Positions 11,546-21,734 of a DNA stretch of 64,000 bases are shown here, in pieces; position 1 is the first letter of the stretch, and each line of letters starts with the position of its first letter. The stretch is from Bryobacterales bacterium (GTDB lineage Bacteria > Acidobacteriota > Terriglobia > Bryobacterales > UBA6623): NCBI GenBank assembly GCA_965207035.1, contig OZ242259.1, forward strand, positions 3,769,454 to 3,833,453. Reading direction: 5' to 3'. The translations under genes were made by a program, and so were the position numbers. Below the pieces are notes generated by a model that saw only the letters and a program-made list of their open reading frames with translations, ran no database searches and was not told the DNA's origin.

Positions 11546-12538
11546 ATGAAATCACGATTTGCCTTCTTGCTCCTGGCTACGGCGGTCATGGGAGCACCGG
11601 CTCTTCACGCAGCGGACAGCCACGATGTCCGGTCCCCGGTGCTTGGCTTCGTGCTAGACGCAGAAGCCGGGACCCTTCACAGGGTTGACGGTATCCCCGG
11701 CGCGTCCCGTGTTGGCGATGCCCTGGATCTGGGATTCGCCGTCGCGCGAGCGCAGATCGCGGCTTCGCAGGACTTCGCGATCGTGACCGACACCGATGGT
11801 CTCAATTACTGGGTGAGCCTTTCCATGTCGCCGCCAACGGCAATCGCCATTGACGGTGCGCTGGCCGGAGCCACCGGCTTGCTGATCAGCCCCAGCGGAC
11901 GCAGCGCCGCATTGTATTCCATCGAAGATGGCCAGATTCAGTTCATCGAGGGCTTGCCGGGGGCGCCGACAGTCGGCCAGGCCCGCGCCCTCATTCAAGG
12001 CGTTGGAACCTGGACAGCCTTCGCGATCAGTGACATGGGCGTAGTCTTGGCGGCATCGTCTCAGGGACGCTCCGGGTCGCTCTACGCGTTGTCCGCGAAT
12101 CGCCCTCCGTACCGGGTCGGCAGCGTCCAGCGGGCAAGCGACCTGAGTTTTCTGCCAGGTGGCAACGACGCGGTCGTGGCGGATTCCGATGCCAGTGAGA
12201 TCGTCCTGATTCGCAGCGTGTCCCGCTGGCCGCGGTCCATGGTGCTGGCGACCGCGCATGACCGGGTCACCAATCCATTCAACGTGGAAGCAACGGCCGA
12301 CGGCCAATTCGTGGCTGCAACCATTCCGGGGGGGATCGCCTCCATTCCCACGCAAGGGGGTGCCGTAGCGATCACGAAGTGTGCCTGCGAGCCGACAGAC
12401 CTCGCCCCGCTGGCCGGAGGCAATGTTTTCCGGCTGACCACGGACATCCGGGCGCCGATGCGGATCGTTGAAGTCGGATCGGACTCCCGCGTCCTGTTCG
12501 TCCCGGCCTTGGCCGTGGAAGAATCCCTGGTTCAGTAG
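11546..12538 (+). CDS. Secreted hypothetical protein
   Basis: AAGGA Shine-Dalgarno sequence upstream. Signal peptide MKSRFAFLLLATAVMGAPALHA. No motif recognised. Gly/Ala/Ser-rich with beta-rich character. Confidence 0.6.
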   Translation: MKSRFAFLLLATAVMGAPALHAADSHDVRSPVLGFVLDAEAGTLHRVDGIPGASRVGDALDLGFAVARAQIAASQDFAIVTDTDGLNYWVSLSMSPPTAIAIDGALAGATGLLISPSGRSAALYSIEDGQIQFIEGLPGAPTVGQARALIQGVGTWTAFAISDMGVVLAASSQGRSGSLYALSANRPPYRVGSVQRASDLSFLPGGNDAVVADSDASEIVLIRSVSRWPRSMVLATAHDRVTNPFNVEATADGQFVAATIPGGIASIPTQGGAVAITKCACEPTDLAPLAGGNVFRLTTDIRAPMRIVEVGSDSRVLFVPALAVEESLVQ

Positions 12539-12607
12539 AGCCGGGCGTCTTCGGGCGCTAGGCCGACAGCCACCCCCCAATTCCGCCCCGCGGGTAAACT
12601 GGGCCAA

Positions 12608-13393
12608 ATGGCCCGTTATTCGAACCTTCTCTGCCAGCGGGACGGCGGCATAGCCGTGCTCACCATCAGCCGCCCGGAAAAACTCAACGCCCTCGACGCC
12701 GCGACAGTAGACGCACTGGACCGCTTCTTCCGGGATGCCGGCGACGACGACGCCACGCGAGCGGTCATCGTGACGGGAGCGGGGGACAGGAGCTTTGTCG
12801 CGGGAGCCGATATCGAGGCGGTATCCGGCTTCACCGCACTCGAAGGGCGGGCGTGGGGACAGCGGGGCCAAGCAATGCTGCGGCGGATCGAGGCGCTTGA
12901 GAAGCCCGTGATCGCCGCCATCAACGGGTACGCCCTGGGCGGAGGGCTCGAACTCGCGATGGCCTGCCACTTGCGAGTCGCCGCGACGACGGCGCGGCTG
13001 GGCCAGCCCGAGCTGAGACTCGGCATCGTGCCGGGTTTCGGCGGAACGCAGCGTCTGCCCCGGCTCGTCGGCAGAGGCCGGGCGCTCGAGATGCTGCTGA
13101 CCGGAGATCCCATCAGCGCCGAGGAGGCGCGCGCGATGGGACTGGTCAACCGGGTTGCCGAACCGGGCGAACTGATGGCCCAGACCACGGCACTGGCCCG
13201 GAGGATCCTGCGGAACGGACCGCTGGCCATCGCGCTCACGCTGCAAGCCGTCGACCGCGGCTTGCAGATGCCCGTGAGCGAGGCCTTGGAATGGGAGGTG
13301 GCGCAATACGCGCTCAGCTGCGCCACCGAGGACGTGCGAGAGGGTACCCGCGCTTTTCTCGAGAAACGGAATCCCGAATTCTGCGGCCGGTGA
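12608..13393 (+). CDS. Enoyl-CoA hydratase/isomerase (crotonase) family protein
   Basis: Contains IAVLTISRPEKLNALD, AVIVTGAGDRSFVAGADI, INGYALGGGLELAMACH and the C-terminal EGTRAFLEKR. Confidence 0.9.
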   Translation: MARYSNLLCQRDGGIAVLTISRPEKLNALDAATVDALDRFFRDAGDDDATRAVIVTGAGDRSFVAGADIEAVSGFTALEGRAWGQRGQAMLRRIEALEKPVIAAINGYALGGGLELAMACHLRVAATTARLGQPELRLGIVPGFGGTQRLPRLVGRGRALEMLLTGDPISAEEARAMGLVNRVAEPGELMAQTTALARRILRNGPLAIALTLQAVDRGLQMPVSEALEWEVAQYALSCATEDVREGTRAFLEKRNPEFCGR

Positions 13394-13614
13394 ACGTCGC
13401 GCGGCTCGGCGCGATCACCAGGCGGCCAGGGAATTGGCGGGCCATGGCGCTGTGTCGCCTTCGTGACACGCCGGCCGCGTGCGACAGATATGACAAGAAT
13501 CGGTTGCTCGCTGCTGCCCCTGCCCCGCGAGTCATGACAAGCCCGGCTCGTACCAGCCGGACCCCGCGATCGCTCGGGCGCGCCAGAGCCTCGGCGCTCC
13601 CGCAGGCAGTCGCA

Positions 13615-14979
13615 TCACTCTCGCATCCGCGCCATCGGCGCGTCAATCGCGCGCAAGTAACTGGCCAGCTGCTTCTCGAGCCGCGCCGCGATTTCCGGCT
13701 CGGCGCTCTTCATGTCCCGGCTCTCGGCAATGTCGGCGGAAAGGTCGAAGAGGTGCGTGTCCCCGGTCTCGTACAACTTGACGAGTTTCCAGCCCCCGGC
13801 CCGGATGGAGGACATCGGCGTGGTGCCCTTCTGGGTCTGGTAGTGCGGAAAATGCCAGACTAGCGGGCCGAAACGTCGCGACAGCGTTCCGTTGCCGCCG
13901 TTCTCCAGCAAGGCGAGCAAGCTGGAACCCTCGACGCGAGGCGACAGCTCGGCACGGACCCCCGCCATCGCCGCGATGGTCGAGTACAGATCGGTACCGA
14001 TCACCGTCTCCCGGCATACCCCGCCGGCGTTGACGCCCGGGCCGCGCACCAGCAACGGCACCCTGACTCCCCCTTCCCACGTCGACGCTTTCTGGCCGCG
14101 CAGCGGGGCATTGCTCGAAACCCGGTTGGAACCCTGATCCAGGTAGGATCCGTTGTCGGACGTGAAGATCACAAAAGTGTCCTCCGCAAGACCACGCCTG
14201 TCGAGCTCGTCCAGGATGCGTCCCACCCCCTCGTCCAGTTCGTGGGTCATGGCGGCATGTCCCGGATGGTTATGGCGCTCGCCCCTGGGCCTCGCCTCGA
14301 ACTCCGCGACGGTCTCGTCAAAAGCGTGGATTCCCAGATGAACCGCGTAGTAAGAAACCTGCATGAAGAACGGTTCCCGCGCTGCACTGCGATGTCGGAG
14401 GAAGTCCACCGCGCGGGTCGTGACGCTGCCCGTGCGTTTCGGATCAGGGGGCCCTGCGCCACCCTCCGCATTCGAAGTGGTGCCGCTGTGCTCGTCGTAT
14501 CCGTGCTTGCCCGGCCCGCCGCCACCGAGATGCCACTTCCCGAAGTGCGCGGTCACGTATCCCGGGCGGTGCCGCTTGAGCAGCTCGGCGACGGTCACTT
14601 CCTCGTGCGGAATGTGATTGATGTGCTGCGGCGGAACCATCGGGTGCCCCTCGTAGAACGCCCCTGAGTTGCGATTGATGATGTCGGTCATCTTGAGCTG
14701 GGCAGGCGACTTGCCCGTCTGGATCGCAAGACGCGTCGGCGAGCAATTCGGATGCGGGGCGTAGGCATCGGTAAAGCGCATGCCTTCGCTGGCAAGCCGC
14801 TCGAGACTGGGAGTGCTGTGGTAGTCGGATCTCGAGTCCGGCCGGTCCGGATCCATGAGGACGGAAGTGCCGACCCAGCTCATGTCGTCCGCGAGGATCA
14901 GCACGACGTTGGGCTGCGCCGCCCCGGGAACCGCCAACAGGAGCGAAGCGAGGATGGGAACCAATGAGCGAATAGGCAT
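13615..14979 (-). CDS. Secreted Cys-type sulfatase
   Basis: Signal peptide MPIRSLVPILASLLLAVPGAAQ (ORF trimmed from 15009). NVVLILADD and the formylglycine motif CSPTRLAIQTG. Confidence 0.88.
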   Translation of the reverse strand: MPIRSLVPILASLLLAVPGAAQPNVVLILADDMSWVGTSVLMDPDRPDSRSDYHSTPSLERLASEGMRFTDAYAPHPNCSPTRLAIQTGKSPAQLKMTDIINRNSGAFYEGHPMVPPQHINHIPHEEVTVAELLKRHRPGYVTAHFGKWHLGGGGPGKHGYDEHSGTTSNAEGGAGPPDPKRTGSVTTRAVDFLRHRSAAREPFFMQVSYYAVHLGIHAFDETVAEFEARPRGERHNHPGHAAMTHELDEGVGRILDELDRRGLAEDTFVIFTSDNGSYLDQGSNRVSSNAPLRGQKASTWEGGVRVPLLVRGPGVNAGGVCRETVIGTDLYSTIAAMAGVRAELSPRVEGSSLLALLENGGNGTLSRRFGPLVWHFPHYQTQKGTTPMSSIRAGGWKLVKLYETGDTHLFDLSADIAESRDMKSAEPEIAARLEKQLASYLRAIDAPMARMRE

Positions 14980-15040
14980 AGGTACGATTCTGGCGCACCG
15001 CTCCAGCAACGGGCAAGTTCGGCAAACGGCGCCGGGAGTC

Positions 15041-15655
15041 CTACTGCGACAGGAACTCGAAGGTGACGTCGCCGAACGTGGCGACGATCCGTCCCGTGTT
15101 TAGCTGGCGGCCGGATGTCGGGAAAAACAGCGCGCCGTCCGTCGAGTCTCCCGGGCTCAGCTTGCCGCTGACAAAGGTGATGGCGGCCGCCGCCGAAGCC
15201 GCTTTCAGGCCTCTCGGGCCGATGGCCAGGGCCGATTGCCTGCGCTTCTCGTAGCCGTTGTTCGGACGAATGTACTGGTTGTTGTACAGGGCCTTCTCGT
15301 AGGCTGACTGCAGCTTCGACAGCTCGGAGCGCCCCGCCTCACGAAAGAAGTCGCCGATGACGCTCTCCTCGGACGCCGCGCGCACAAGCACACCCCTGTC
15401 GAACTCGAAGGCGAAATCCGTGGCGTTGACCTGCCAGGTCACCTCGCTGCCATTGCTCACCGCGACATGTACGAGAGCGTACCGGCTGGTCTTCACGGGC
15501 ATCGGAGCACACATCAACGTGAGCCCGCCCTTCGTCATCACCTGGTAGTCCATTCCGTTGGAACGGAATTGGATCACCTGGGCTGGCAACTGCAGCGCCG
15601 CCGCGACAAGAGCGGCAGCCGCCCAGCCCGACAGACCGATGCTGCGCCCCGGCAT
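15041..15655 (-). CDS. Secreted hypothetical protein (204 aa)
   Basis: N-terminal hydrophobic signal (LSGWAAAALVAAALQLPAQ). Lies 62 nt upstream of the sulfatase on the same strand. No recognised motif. Confidence 0.55.
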   Translation of the reverse strand: MPGRSIGLSGWAAAALVAAALQLPAQVIQFRSNGMDYQVMTKGGLTLMCAPMPVKTSRYALVHVAVSNGSEVTWQVNATDFAFEFDRGVLVRAASEESVIGDFFREAGRSELSKLQSAYEKALYNNQYIRPNNGYEKRRQSALAIGPRGLKAASAAAAITFVSGKLSPGDSTDGALFFPTSGRQLNTGRIVATFGDVTFEFLSQ

Positions 15656-15699
15656 TCTTTCGCCTATGATACAAGTTAGCGATTAGGGTCTTTGGAGGA

Positions 15700-18351
15700 A
15701 TGAAACCGCTTACAGGGCTGCCTGTGGATTCCCTGGTGCAGGTCGCCAGCGAATCCGGCATGCAGTTGAAGGAGCTGCACGAGTTGGTGCAGCAGATCGA
15801 AAACGGCGCGACGCCGGCGTTTCTCGCTCGGTACAGGGCGGATCTGTGCGGAGGCATGAGCGAGGAGCTTGTGCTGGGGGTCTTGCAACGGCTGCGAGAC
15901 GCCCAAGATCTGATCGACCGGCGGATTTCGATGGTGGCGGCACTCGGCCGGCAGGGCGTCCTGACGGAAGACCTGAAGGCCAGGCTCGAAGGCGCGAAGA
16001 CCCGTCGCGAACTCAACGATATCTACCTGCCTTACCGCGCCCGCGGACGAGATGCCGTCCAGCAGGCTGTCGACAAGGGCCTGGATCCGCTGGCGCGGGT
16101 CCTGTGGTACCAGCAGGACGGCGTCGACATCCTGGCGGAGGCCGCCAAGCACGTCGGTCAGGAGACGGGCCTTGTTGACCCCGAACAGGCGCTGGCCGGT
16201 GCCTACGAGATCGCGGGCCGCTGGCTGAGCGAAAAGCCTGAAATCCTCCGGGACCTTCGCGAGCTGTACCACCGTGAATGCGAGCTCTCCGTCGCGGTCA
16301 AGGAACACAGCCTGGCGGAGCCGCGCTGGCAGGCCCTGAACGGCTATCGGGCGAAGGCCCACGCCGTGCCGTGGCAAAAACGGCTCCTGATCAGGCGGGG
16401 TGTCCGATCGGGAATCCTTGACGCGACCATGGCGGTTCCCAGCGCCGCGGCAGCCGCGTACCTCGAACACCGCCTGATTCAGAAGCTGGATTCCGCCTTC
16501 GCGCCCCATCTCCGGCGCGTCGCCGAGGCAGCCCTCCGCGGCGGACTTTCCGACCAGCTGAAAAAGGACGTCCTGCGACAGATTGACGACCAGACCGACC
16601 AAGAGGCGATCCAGGCATTCCGCAAGAACCTGCGGAATGCCATCCTGTCGTCCCCGGCGCTGGGACTGAACATCGTTGGCTTGGAAACCAGCCGCCCAGG
16701 CGGCTGGCGCGCCGCATTGATCAACGCCCGCGGCGAACTGGTCGAATGCGCGCTGATCGATCCGGAGAAAAGGCCCCCCAGAGACGAGCCGGCAGCGGTT
16801 TCCGAGGGGCGTCCTGCCGCAGCCGAGGCTCAGGAAGAATCAGGCGTCTCGGATCCCGCCGAATCCGTCGAGGCGGCCAAGGCGGAGGAGCCGCAGGTCC
16901 CGGACGAAGCACCTGCCGCCACGCCTGCCGACGGGCCCAAGCCGTCCGGCCCCGAACCGGAATCGGCAGCCGCGCAAGAGAATGAGGGTGCGGCCAATGC
17001 CACTACGCCAGGAGCGGCAGGCGGCAGCCGGAACGGCAAGCGCCCCCGCCGCGAGGACCTCACCAGTTTCTTGCGCAGGCACGATATTGACCTGATCGTG
17101 TTCCCTAGCGGCCCCCGGCCGCGCTCCACGGAGCGGGTATTGAGAACCCATATCCGCCGGGCGGGCAAGAACGGAATTGCATGGCGGACCGTGCGCGACC
17201 CGGGCACGTGGATCTACGCGACATCCAAGGTGGGCAAGCAGGAGTTTCCCAAACTCGACCCGAGCCTTCGCAGCGCCATCAGCCTGGCTCGCAGAGCCCA
17301 GGACCCGATGTCCGAACTCGTCAAGGCCGACCCGAAGACGGTCGGTATCGGCCTCAACTACCAAGAGATCAACCCAGAGCGACTGAGTGCGGCCCTCCGC
17401 GAGACGATCGAATGTGCGGTGCACGATGTCGGCGTCGACTTGAATCGCGCAACGGTCCCGCTGCTGAGCCTCGTTCCGGGCTTCACTCTAAGGCTGGCAT
17501 GGCGGGTCGTGGAGCACCGCGCCAAGCACGGACCCTTCCAGTCCCGGGACGAGTTGCGCAAGGTGGAAGGGATCAGTCATCGCGTTTTCCTCCAGGCAGT
17601 GGGGTTCTTGCGGGTTCAAGGCAACGACCCGTTCGACAATACCGGCGCGCACCCGGACTTCCGGGAACTGCACGAACGCATCGCGGAATCCGTTGGCTGC
17701 GACCTGATAACGCTCCTTGCGGAGCCGGAACGGCTCGAGGCCGTCGATCCGGAGCAATTCGCGACCGCGGAACGGTCTGTCGAATGCATCCGCTCCGCGA
17801 TTCGGGAAATGCAGCCCGAACGACGCGATGTCAGGGGCAAGTTCGAATTGCCGCAACTCGCAGTGCCTCTGCGCAGCGACGAGGAGCTGACGCCGGGGAC
17901 CAAAGTCCACGGCGTCGTAAAGAGCGTTGCCGACTTCGGTGTATTCGTCGACATCGGCGCGGACAAGGACGCCTTGCTGCACGTCTCGCAGATCCAGCAA
18001 GAGCACAAGCAGAACTCGAAACCGACCTTCAAGCTCGGCGACTCTGTCCAAGCCTTTGTCCGCAACGGCCAGCAGAACGGCAAGGGTATCTCCCTGTCCA
18101 TGTGGGATCCGAGTTCCCGCCCCCCTCGGGAGAGGAATGGGTCCGGCAGGACCTTCGGCTCGCCCCAGCAGCGGGACGGGGGCGGGCGGCGCAATGATCG
18201 GCGGCCGCCGAGGGGAGACCGGCGCAAGCCGTTCAGCAGGACCTTCGGCTCCGACTCGGGGACCCGCTCCCGAGGTGTCCGGATGAGAGAGGACATGAGC
18301 TTGGAAGAGAAGCTCGAAGCCTTCAACGACCGTTATCGAACCAAGGCCTAG
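15700..18351 (+). CDS. tex: Tex-like transcription accessory protein (YqgF, HhH and S1 domains) with a ~100-aa insertion and a basic tail
   Basis: Contains GATPAFLARYRAD, LNDIYLPYRARGR..A...GLDPLA, a C-terminal S1 segment (GTKVHGVVKSVADFGVFVDIGADKDALLHVSQI) and then an Arg/Gly-rich tail. Confidence 0.85.
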   Translation: MKPLTGLPVDSLVQVASESGMQLKELHELVQQIENGATPAFLARYRADLCGGMSEELVLGVLQRLRDAQDLIDRRISMVAALGRQGVLTEDLKARLEGAKTRRELNDIYLPYRARGRDAVQQAVDKGLDPLARVLWYQQDGVDILAEAAKHVGQETGLVDPEQALAGAYEIAGRWLSEKPEILRDLRELYHRECELSVAVKEHSLAEPRWQALNGYRAKAHAVPWQKRLLIRRGVRSGILDATMAVPSAAAAAYLEHRLIQKLDSAFAPHLRRVAEAALRGGLSDQLKKDVLRQIDDQTDQEAIQAFRKNLRNAILSSPALGLNIVGLETSRPGGWRAALINARGELVECALIDPEKRPPRDEPAAVSEGRPAAAEAQEESGVSDPAESVEAAKAEEPQVPDEAPAATPADGPKPSGPEPESAAAQENEGAANATTPGAAGGSRNGKRPRREDLTSFLRRHDIDLIVFPSGPRPRSTERVLRTHIRRAGKNGIAWRTVRDPGTWIYATSKVGKQEFPKLDPSLRSAISLARRAQDPMSELVKADPKTVGIGLNYQEINPERLSAALRETIECAVHDVGVDLNRATVPLLSLVPGFTLRLAWRVVEHRAKHGPFQSRDELRKVEGISHRVFLQAVGFLRVQGNDPFDNTGAHPDFRELHERIAESVGCDLITLLAEPERLEAVDPEQFATAERSVECIRSAIREMQPERRDVRGKFELPQLAVPLRSDEELTPGTKVHGVVKSVADFGVFVDIGADKDALLHVSQIQQEHKQNSKPTFKLGDSVQAFVRNGQQNGKGISLSMWDPSSRPPRERNGSGRTFGSPQQRDGGGRRNDRRPPRGDRRKPFSRTFGSDSGTRSRGVRMREDMSLEEKLEAFNDRYRTKA

Positions 18352-18354
18352 CGC

Positions 18355-19026
18355 ATGGGGCGGGCGCAACGCGAAACCGCCGGGCCGGACTGGTCTCTTG
18401 AACGGCAAGCGCGACGCGAGGGCTACCAGTTGATCGCGGGTACCGACGAAGCAGGGAGAGGTTGCTTGTTCGGTCCGGTGTTCGCCGCAGCCGTGATCCT
18501 CGACCCTGCGCGCGCGTTGCCTGGCCTCGACGACAGCAAGCGCCTGACGCCAATCCGCCGCCGGGACCTCAACGAGAAGATCCGCGAGACCGCGATCGCA
18601 TGGGCCGTGCGCGCGACGGATGCGGCCACGATCGACTTGGTGAACATCCTCCAAGCGTCTCGCTTGGCGATGCAGCGCGCGGTTCACTCGCTGGACCCCG
18701 CCCCGGACTTCCTGCTAGCCGACGCGGTTACGCTCGACTCCGAGATTCCCCAACGCGGCGTGATCCAGGGGGATTGCAGGAGCCGTTCCATCGCCGCCGC
18801 GTCGATACTGGCCAAGGTAGCCCGCGATGAATGCATGCTGAAGTGGGACGCGGTGTACCCCGAGTACGGCCTGCGAGCGCACAAGGGATACCCCGCTCAG
18901 GCACACCTCGCTGCACTCCGCGAACATGGCTGCACGCCGCTTCACCGTCAAAGCTACCGCCCCGTGGCTCGCGTGGCAAGGCTCGATCCAGTCGTGCCCG
19001 AATCCGGCTACACTGTGACTTCGTGA
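18355..19026 (+). CDS. rnhB: Ribonuclease HII
   Basis: IAGTDEAGRGCLFGPVFAAAVIL, DSKRL, ASILAKV.RD and GY.....H are canonical RNase HII motifs. Confidence 0.92.
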   Translation: MGRAQRETAGPDWSLERQARREGYQLIAGTDEAGRGCLFGPVFAAAVILDPARALPGLDDSKRLTPIRRRDLNEKIRETAIAWAVRATDAATIDLVNILQASRLAMQRAVHSLDPAPDFLLADAVTLDSEIPQRGVIQGDCRSRSIAAASILAKVARDECMLKWDAVYPEYGLRAHKGYPAQAHLAALREHGCTPLHRQSYRPVARVARLDPVVPESGYTVTS

Positions 19027-19040
19027 GCATCAGTCCGCGA

Positions 19041-19322
19041 ATGCCCTCCGCCGGGCCGGGCGCGGCTCAAGCCACGCAGACGGCTCGCCCCATACTCACC
19101 CGAGTCGTGATCCAGCTGTTCTGCGTGGAACTGGGCCTGATCCTCCTGCTGCTGCCGTGGACCTTGCTCTGGGACAACAACTTCTTCTTCAGCCTGCAGC
19201 CCCAATACAGCAGGTTCTGGCTGAGCAACGAACTCCGGGGAGCCGTCTCCGGAATCGGCATCGTCAATCTCTGGGTCGCGATCGGCGAGTTAGCCAGGAT
19301 GGTCTCGCGGCGCGCTGCCTGA
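19041..19322 (+). CDS. Small membrane protein (about 93 aa, 2 predicted TM segments)
   Basis: Hydrophobic segments VVIQLFCVELGLILLLLPWTLLW and GAVSGIGIVNLWVAIGEL. Start uncertain (ATG 19041 or GTG 19025). Confidence 0.45.
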   Translation: MPSAGPGAAQATQTARPILTRVVIQLFCVELGLILLLLPWTLLWDNNFFFSLQPQYSRFWLSNELRGAVSGIGIVNLWVAIGELARMVSRRAA

Positions 19323-19331
19323 GCGGCGTGG

Positions 19332-20189
19332 CTAGTGCGTCATCGCGTAGATGATGTAGTTGATCGCCAGGCGATACGACATCGCCGTGAACCGCTCGGG
19401 ATACAGCGGCCAGTCGGCGTGCTCCCAAGCATCTCCGAGATCCATGTTGTGATTGATCAGTACCATCAGCCGGCCGGAGTCGTCACGGATTCCGCGCCAA
19501 TGGGGCACCTTCCCGTCCCGCTCGTAGGTGCGTCCGCTGAAGACCATCTGGTAGCCCGGGATCTGCGTCCTCTGCTCCATGTCGAACAACACGTGGAATA
19601 CCTCGTTGTCGGCCTCCAGATCCTCTACCTTTCGATCCGGGAAAATGCGGCGAATGCCACCCATGAAGTGAGTCCATTCCTCGCTTCCATGGAAATCGTC
19701 GAACATGATGAAGCCGCCACGTAGCAGGTACTCCCGGATGTGCTCGACCTCGAAGTCCGTCAGAGCCCAGTGGCCAGCCTCGACGACGTACAGAAACGGA
19801 TAGTCAAAAATCCGCGGCTCGTCAGCACGGACGTAGGTTTCGTCCGGTCGCGAATCGATGGCCGACAGCCGCGCCAGCCCCTGAAGAAGATGGCGCTCGG
19901 CGGCAGGGGAATCGATCTGCCAGGGCCGCTGTTCAAGAGGATGCTGCGCGTACCGGTCGGTGTACGCCATCCGAGCCAGGACGAACTCAGCGGGCTTGCC
20001 ACTACCCGGCGGCTCGAGAAGGGTCGGCGGGGGTTCGTGCCACAGCGGTACATCGCGGTACAGCTGCTGCGCGGCCAGCCAGCCGCCACATGCCAGCATC
20101 GCTATCGCTGCCGCCGCGAAGGACATCGAGCGGAGCGCCGGCCCCGCAGCAGGCTTGCGAGGGGGACCGTCGTCAATCCGTCCTGCCAT
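19332..20189 (-). CDS. DUF4159 domain-containing protein
   Basis: N-terminal TM segment. RIFDYPFLYVVEAGHWALTDFEVEHIREYLLRGGFIMFDDFHG plus a C-terminal ..GDAWE.. region fit the DUF4159 pattern as I recall it. Confidence 0.7.
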   Translation of the reverse strand: MAGRIDDGPPRKPAAGPALRSMSFAAAAIAMLACGGWLAAQQLYRDVPLWHEPPPTLLEPPGSGKPAEFVLARMAYTDRYAQHPLEQRPWQIDSPAAERHLLQGLARLSAIDSRPDETYVRADEPRIFDYPFLYVVEAGHWALTDFEVEHIREYLLRGGFIMFDDFHGSEEWTHFMGGIRRIFPDRKVEDLEADNEVFHVLFDMEQRTQIPGYQMVFSGRTYERDGKVPHWRGIRDDSGRLMVLINHNMDLGDAWEHADWPLYPERFTAMSYRLAINYIIYAMTH

Positions 20190-20208
20190 CGCGCCGCCCA
20201 GCCTCCAT

Positions 20209-21696
20209 TCAGTATCGATAATGTTCGGGCTTGTAAGGCCCTTCGACCGGGATGCCGAGATACTCCGCCTGGGCGGGGGTCAGCGCCGTCAGATCCACCC
20301 CCAGGGCGCCAAGGTGCAGGCGAGCGACGTGCTCGTCAAGCTGCTTCGGCAGCCTGGCCACGGTTCGTCCATAGGCTTCCGCATTGCGGTGGAGTTCGAT
20401 CTGCGCCAGCACTTGGTTCGTGAAGCTGCACGACATCACAAAGCTCGGGTGGCCGGTCGCGTTGCCCAAATTCAGCAGGCGCCCCTCGGAAAGCACGATG
20501 ACCGTGTGATCGTCGGGAAAGCGGTACTCGTCGACCTGGGGCTTGATGGTCTTGCGCTTCACGTCCGGAAGCGCGGCCAGGCCGGCCATGTCGATCTCGT
20601 TGTCGAAATGCCCGATGTTGCCTACGATCGCTTGATGCTTCATCCGCGCCATGTGATCGGCCGAGACGATGTGCTTGTTGCCGGTCGCGGTGATGAAGAT
20701 GTCAGCGATTTCGAGCACATCTTCGATCCGGCGCACTTCGAACCCTTCCATCGAGGCCTGCAGCGCGCAAATCGGATCGATTTCGGTGACGATCACCCGC
20801 GCTCCCTGCCCGCGCATGGACTGTGCGCAACCCTTGCCCACGTCCCCGTAACCGCAGATCACGACGACCTTGCCGGCGATCATCACGTCCGTGCCCCGGT
20901 TGATGCCGTCAATCAGCGAGTGCCGACAGCCATAGAAGTTGTCGAACTTGGACTTGGTCACCGAGTCGTTGACATTGATTGCCGGCAATAGCAGCGAGCC
21001 GTCCTCCTGACGCTGGTAAAGACGGCGCACGCCCGTCGTTGTCTCCTCCGAGACGCCGCGGATCCCCGGGGCGATTGCGGTCCAGACGTCGCCGCGGTCC
21101 CGGCGGATGGCGCCGAGCGTGGAAAGGATGACAGATTCCTCCTCGGAATCGGCCGTTGAGGGATCCGGCACGGACCCGATGCGCTCGTACTCGACGCCAA
21201 GGTGAACCATGAGCGTGGCGTCGCCCCCGTCATCGAGAATCAGGCTGGGGCCCTTCCGGCCCGGCCACAGCAGGGCTTGCGACGTAGCCCACCAGTATTC
21301 CTCGAGCGTCTCGCCCTTCCAAGCGAACACCGGCACCCCGGCGGGCGATTCCGACGTCCCTTCGGGCCCGATCGCAACAGCGGCAGCGGCATGGTCCTGC
21401 GTCGAGAACACGTTGCAGGAGGCCCAACGCAAGGAAGCTCCCAACAGCTGGAGGGTCTCGATCAGGACCGCGGTCTGCACGGTCATGTGCAGGGATCCCG
21501 TGATCCGCGCCCCTTCGAGCGGGCGCGTCTCAGCATACTCCTCACGCAAGGCCATCAGGCCAGGCATTTCGTGCTGGGCCAAGCGAATCTCGTCGCGTCC
21601 GAATGCGGCAAGCGCGAGGTCCTTGACTCTGAAATCCGGGGCCGCTGACCCGGCCTTCTTGCGCCCCTCGCCCGGGAAGGTCTCGATTGCACCCAT
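20209..21696 (-). CDS. ahcY: Adenosylhomocysteinase
   Basis: ORF 20209..22065 trimmed to the ATG at 21696. [34 protein letters not shown], the NAD site [12 protein letters not shown], and a C-terminal ..YKPEHYRY. Confidence 0.95.
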   Translation of the reverse strand: MGAIETFPGEGRKKAGSAAPDFRVKDLALAAFGRDEIRLAQHEMPGLMALREEYAETRPLEGARITGSLHMTVQTAVLIETLQLLGASLRWASCNVFSTQDHAAAAVAIGPEGTSESPAGVPVFAWKGETLEEYWWATSQALLWPGRKGPSLILDDGGDATLMVHLGVEYERIGSVPDPSTADSEEESVILSTLGAIRRDRGDVWTAIAPGIRGVSEETTTGVRRLYQRQEDGSLLLPAINVNDSVTKSKFDNFYGCRHSLIDGINRGTDVMIAGKVVVICGYGDVGKGCAQSMRGQGARVIVTEIDPICALQASMEGFEVRRIEDVLEIADIFITATGNKHIVSADHMARMKHQAIVGNIGHFDNEIDMAGLAALPDVKRKTIKPQVDEYRFPDDHTVIVLSEGRLLNLGNATGHPSFVMSCSFTNQVLAQIELHRNAEAYGRTVARLPKQLDEHVARLHLGALGVDLTALTPAQAEYLGIPVEGPYKPEHYRY

Positions 21697-21734
21697 GCTC
21701 TGCCTCCTTGGTCCTGCTGTCGAGGGCGGGCTGC

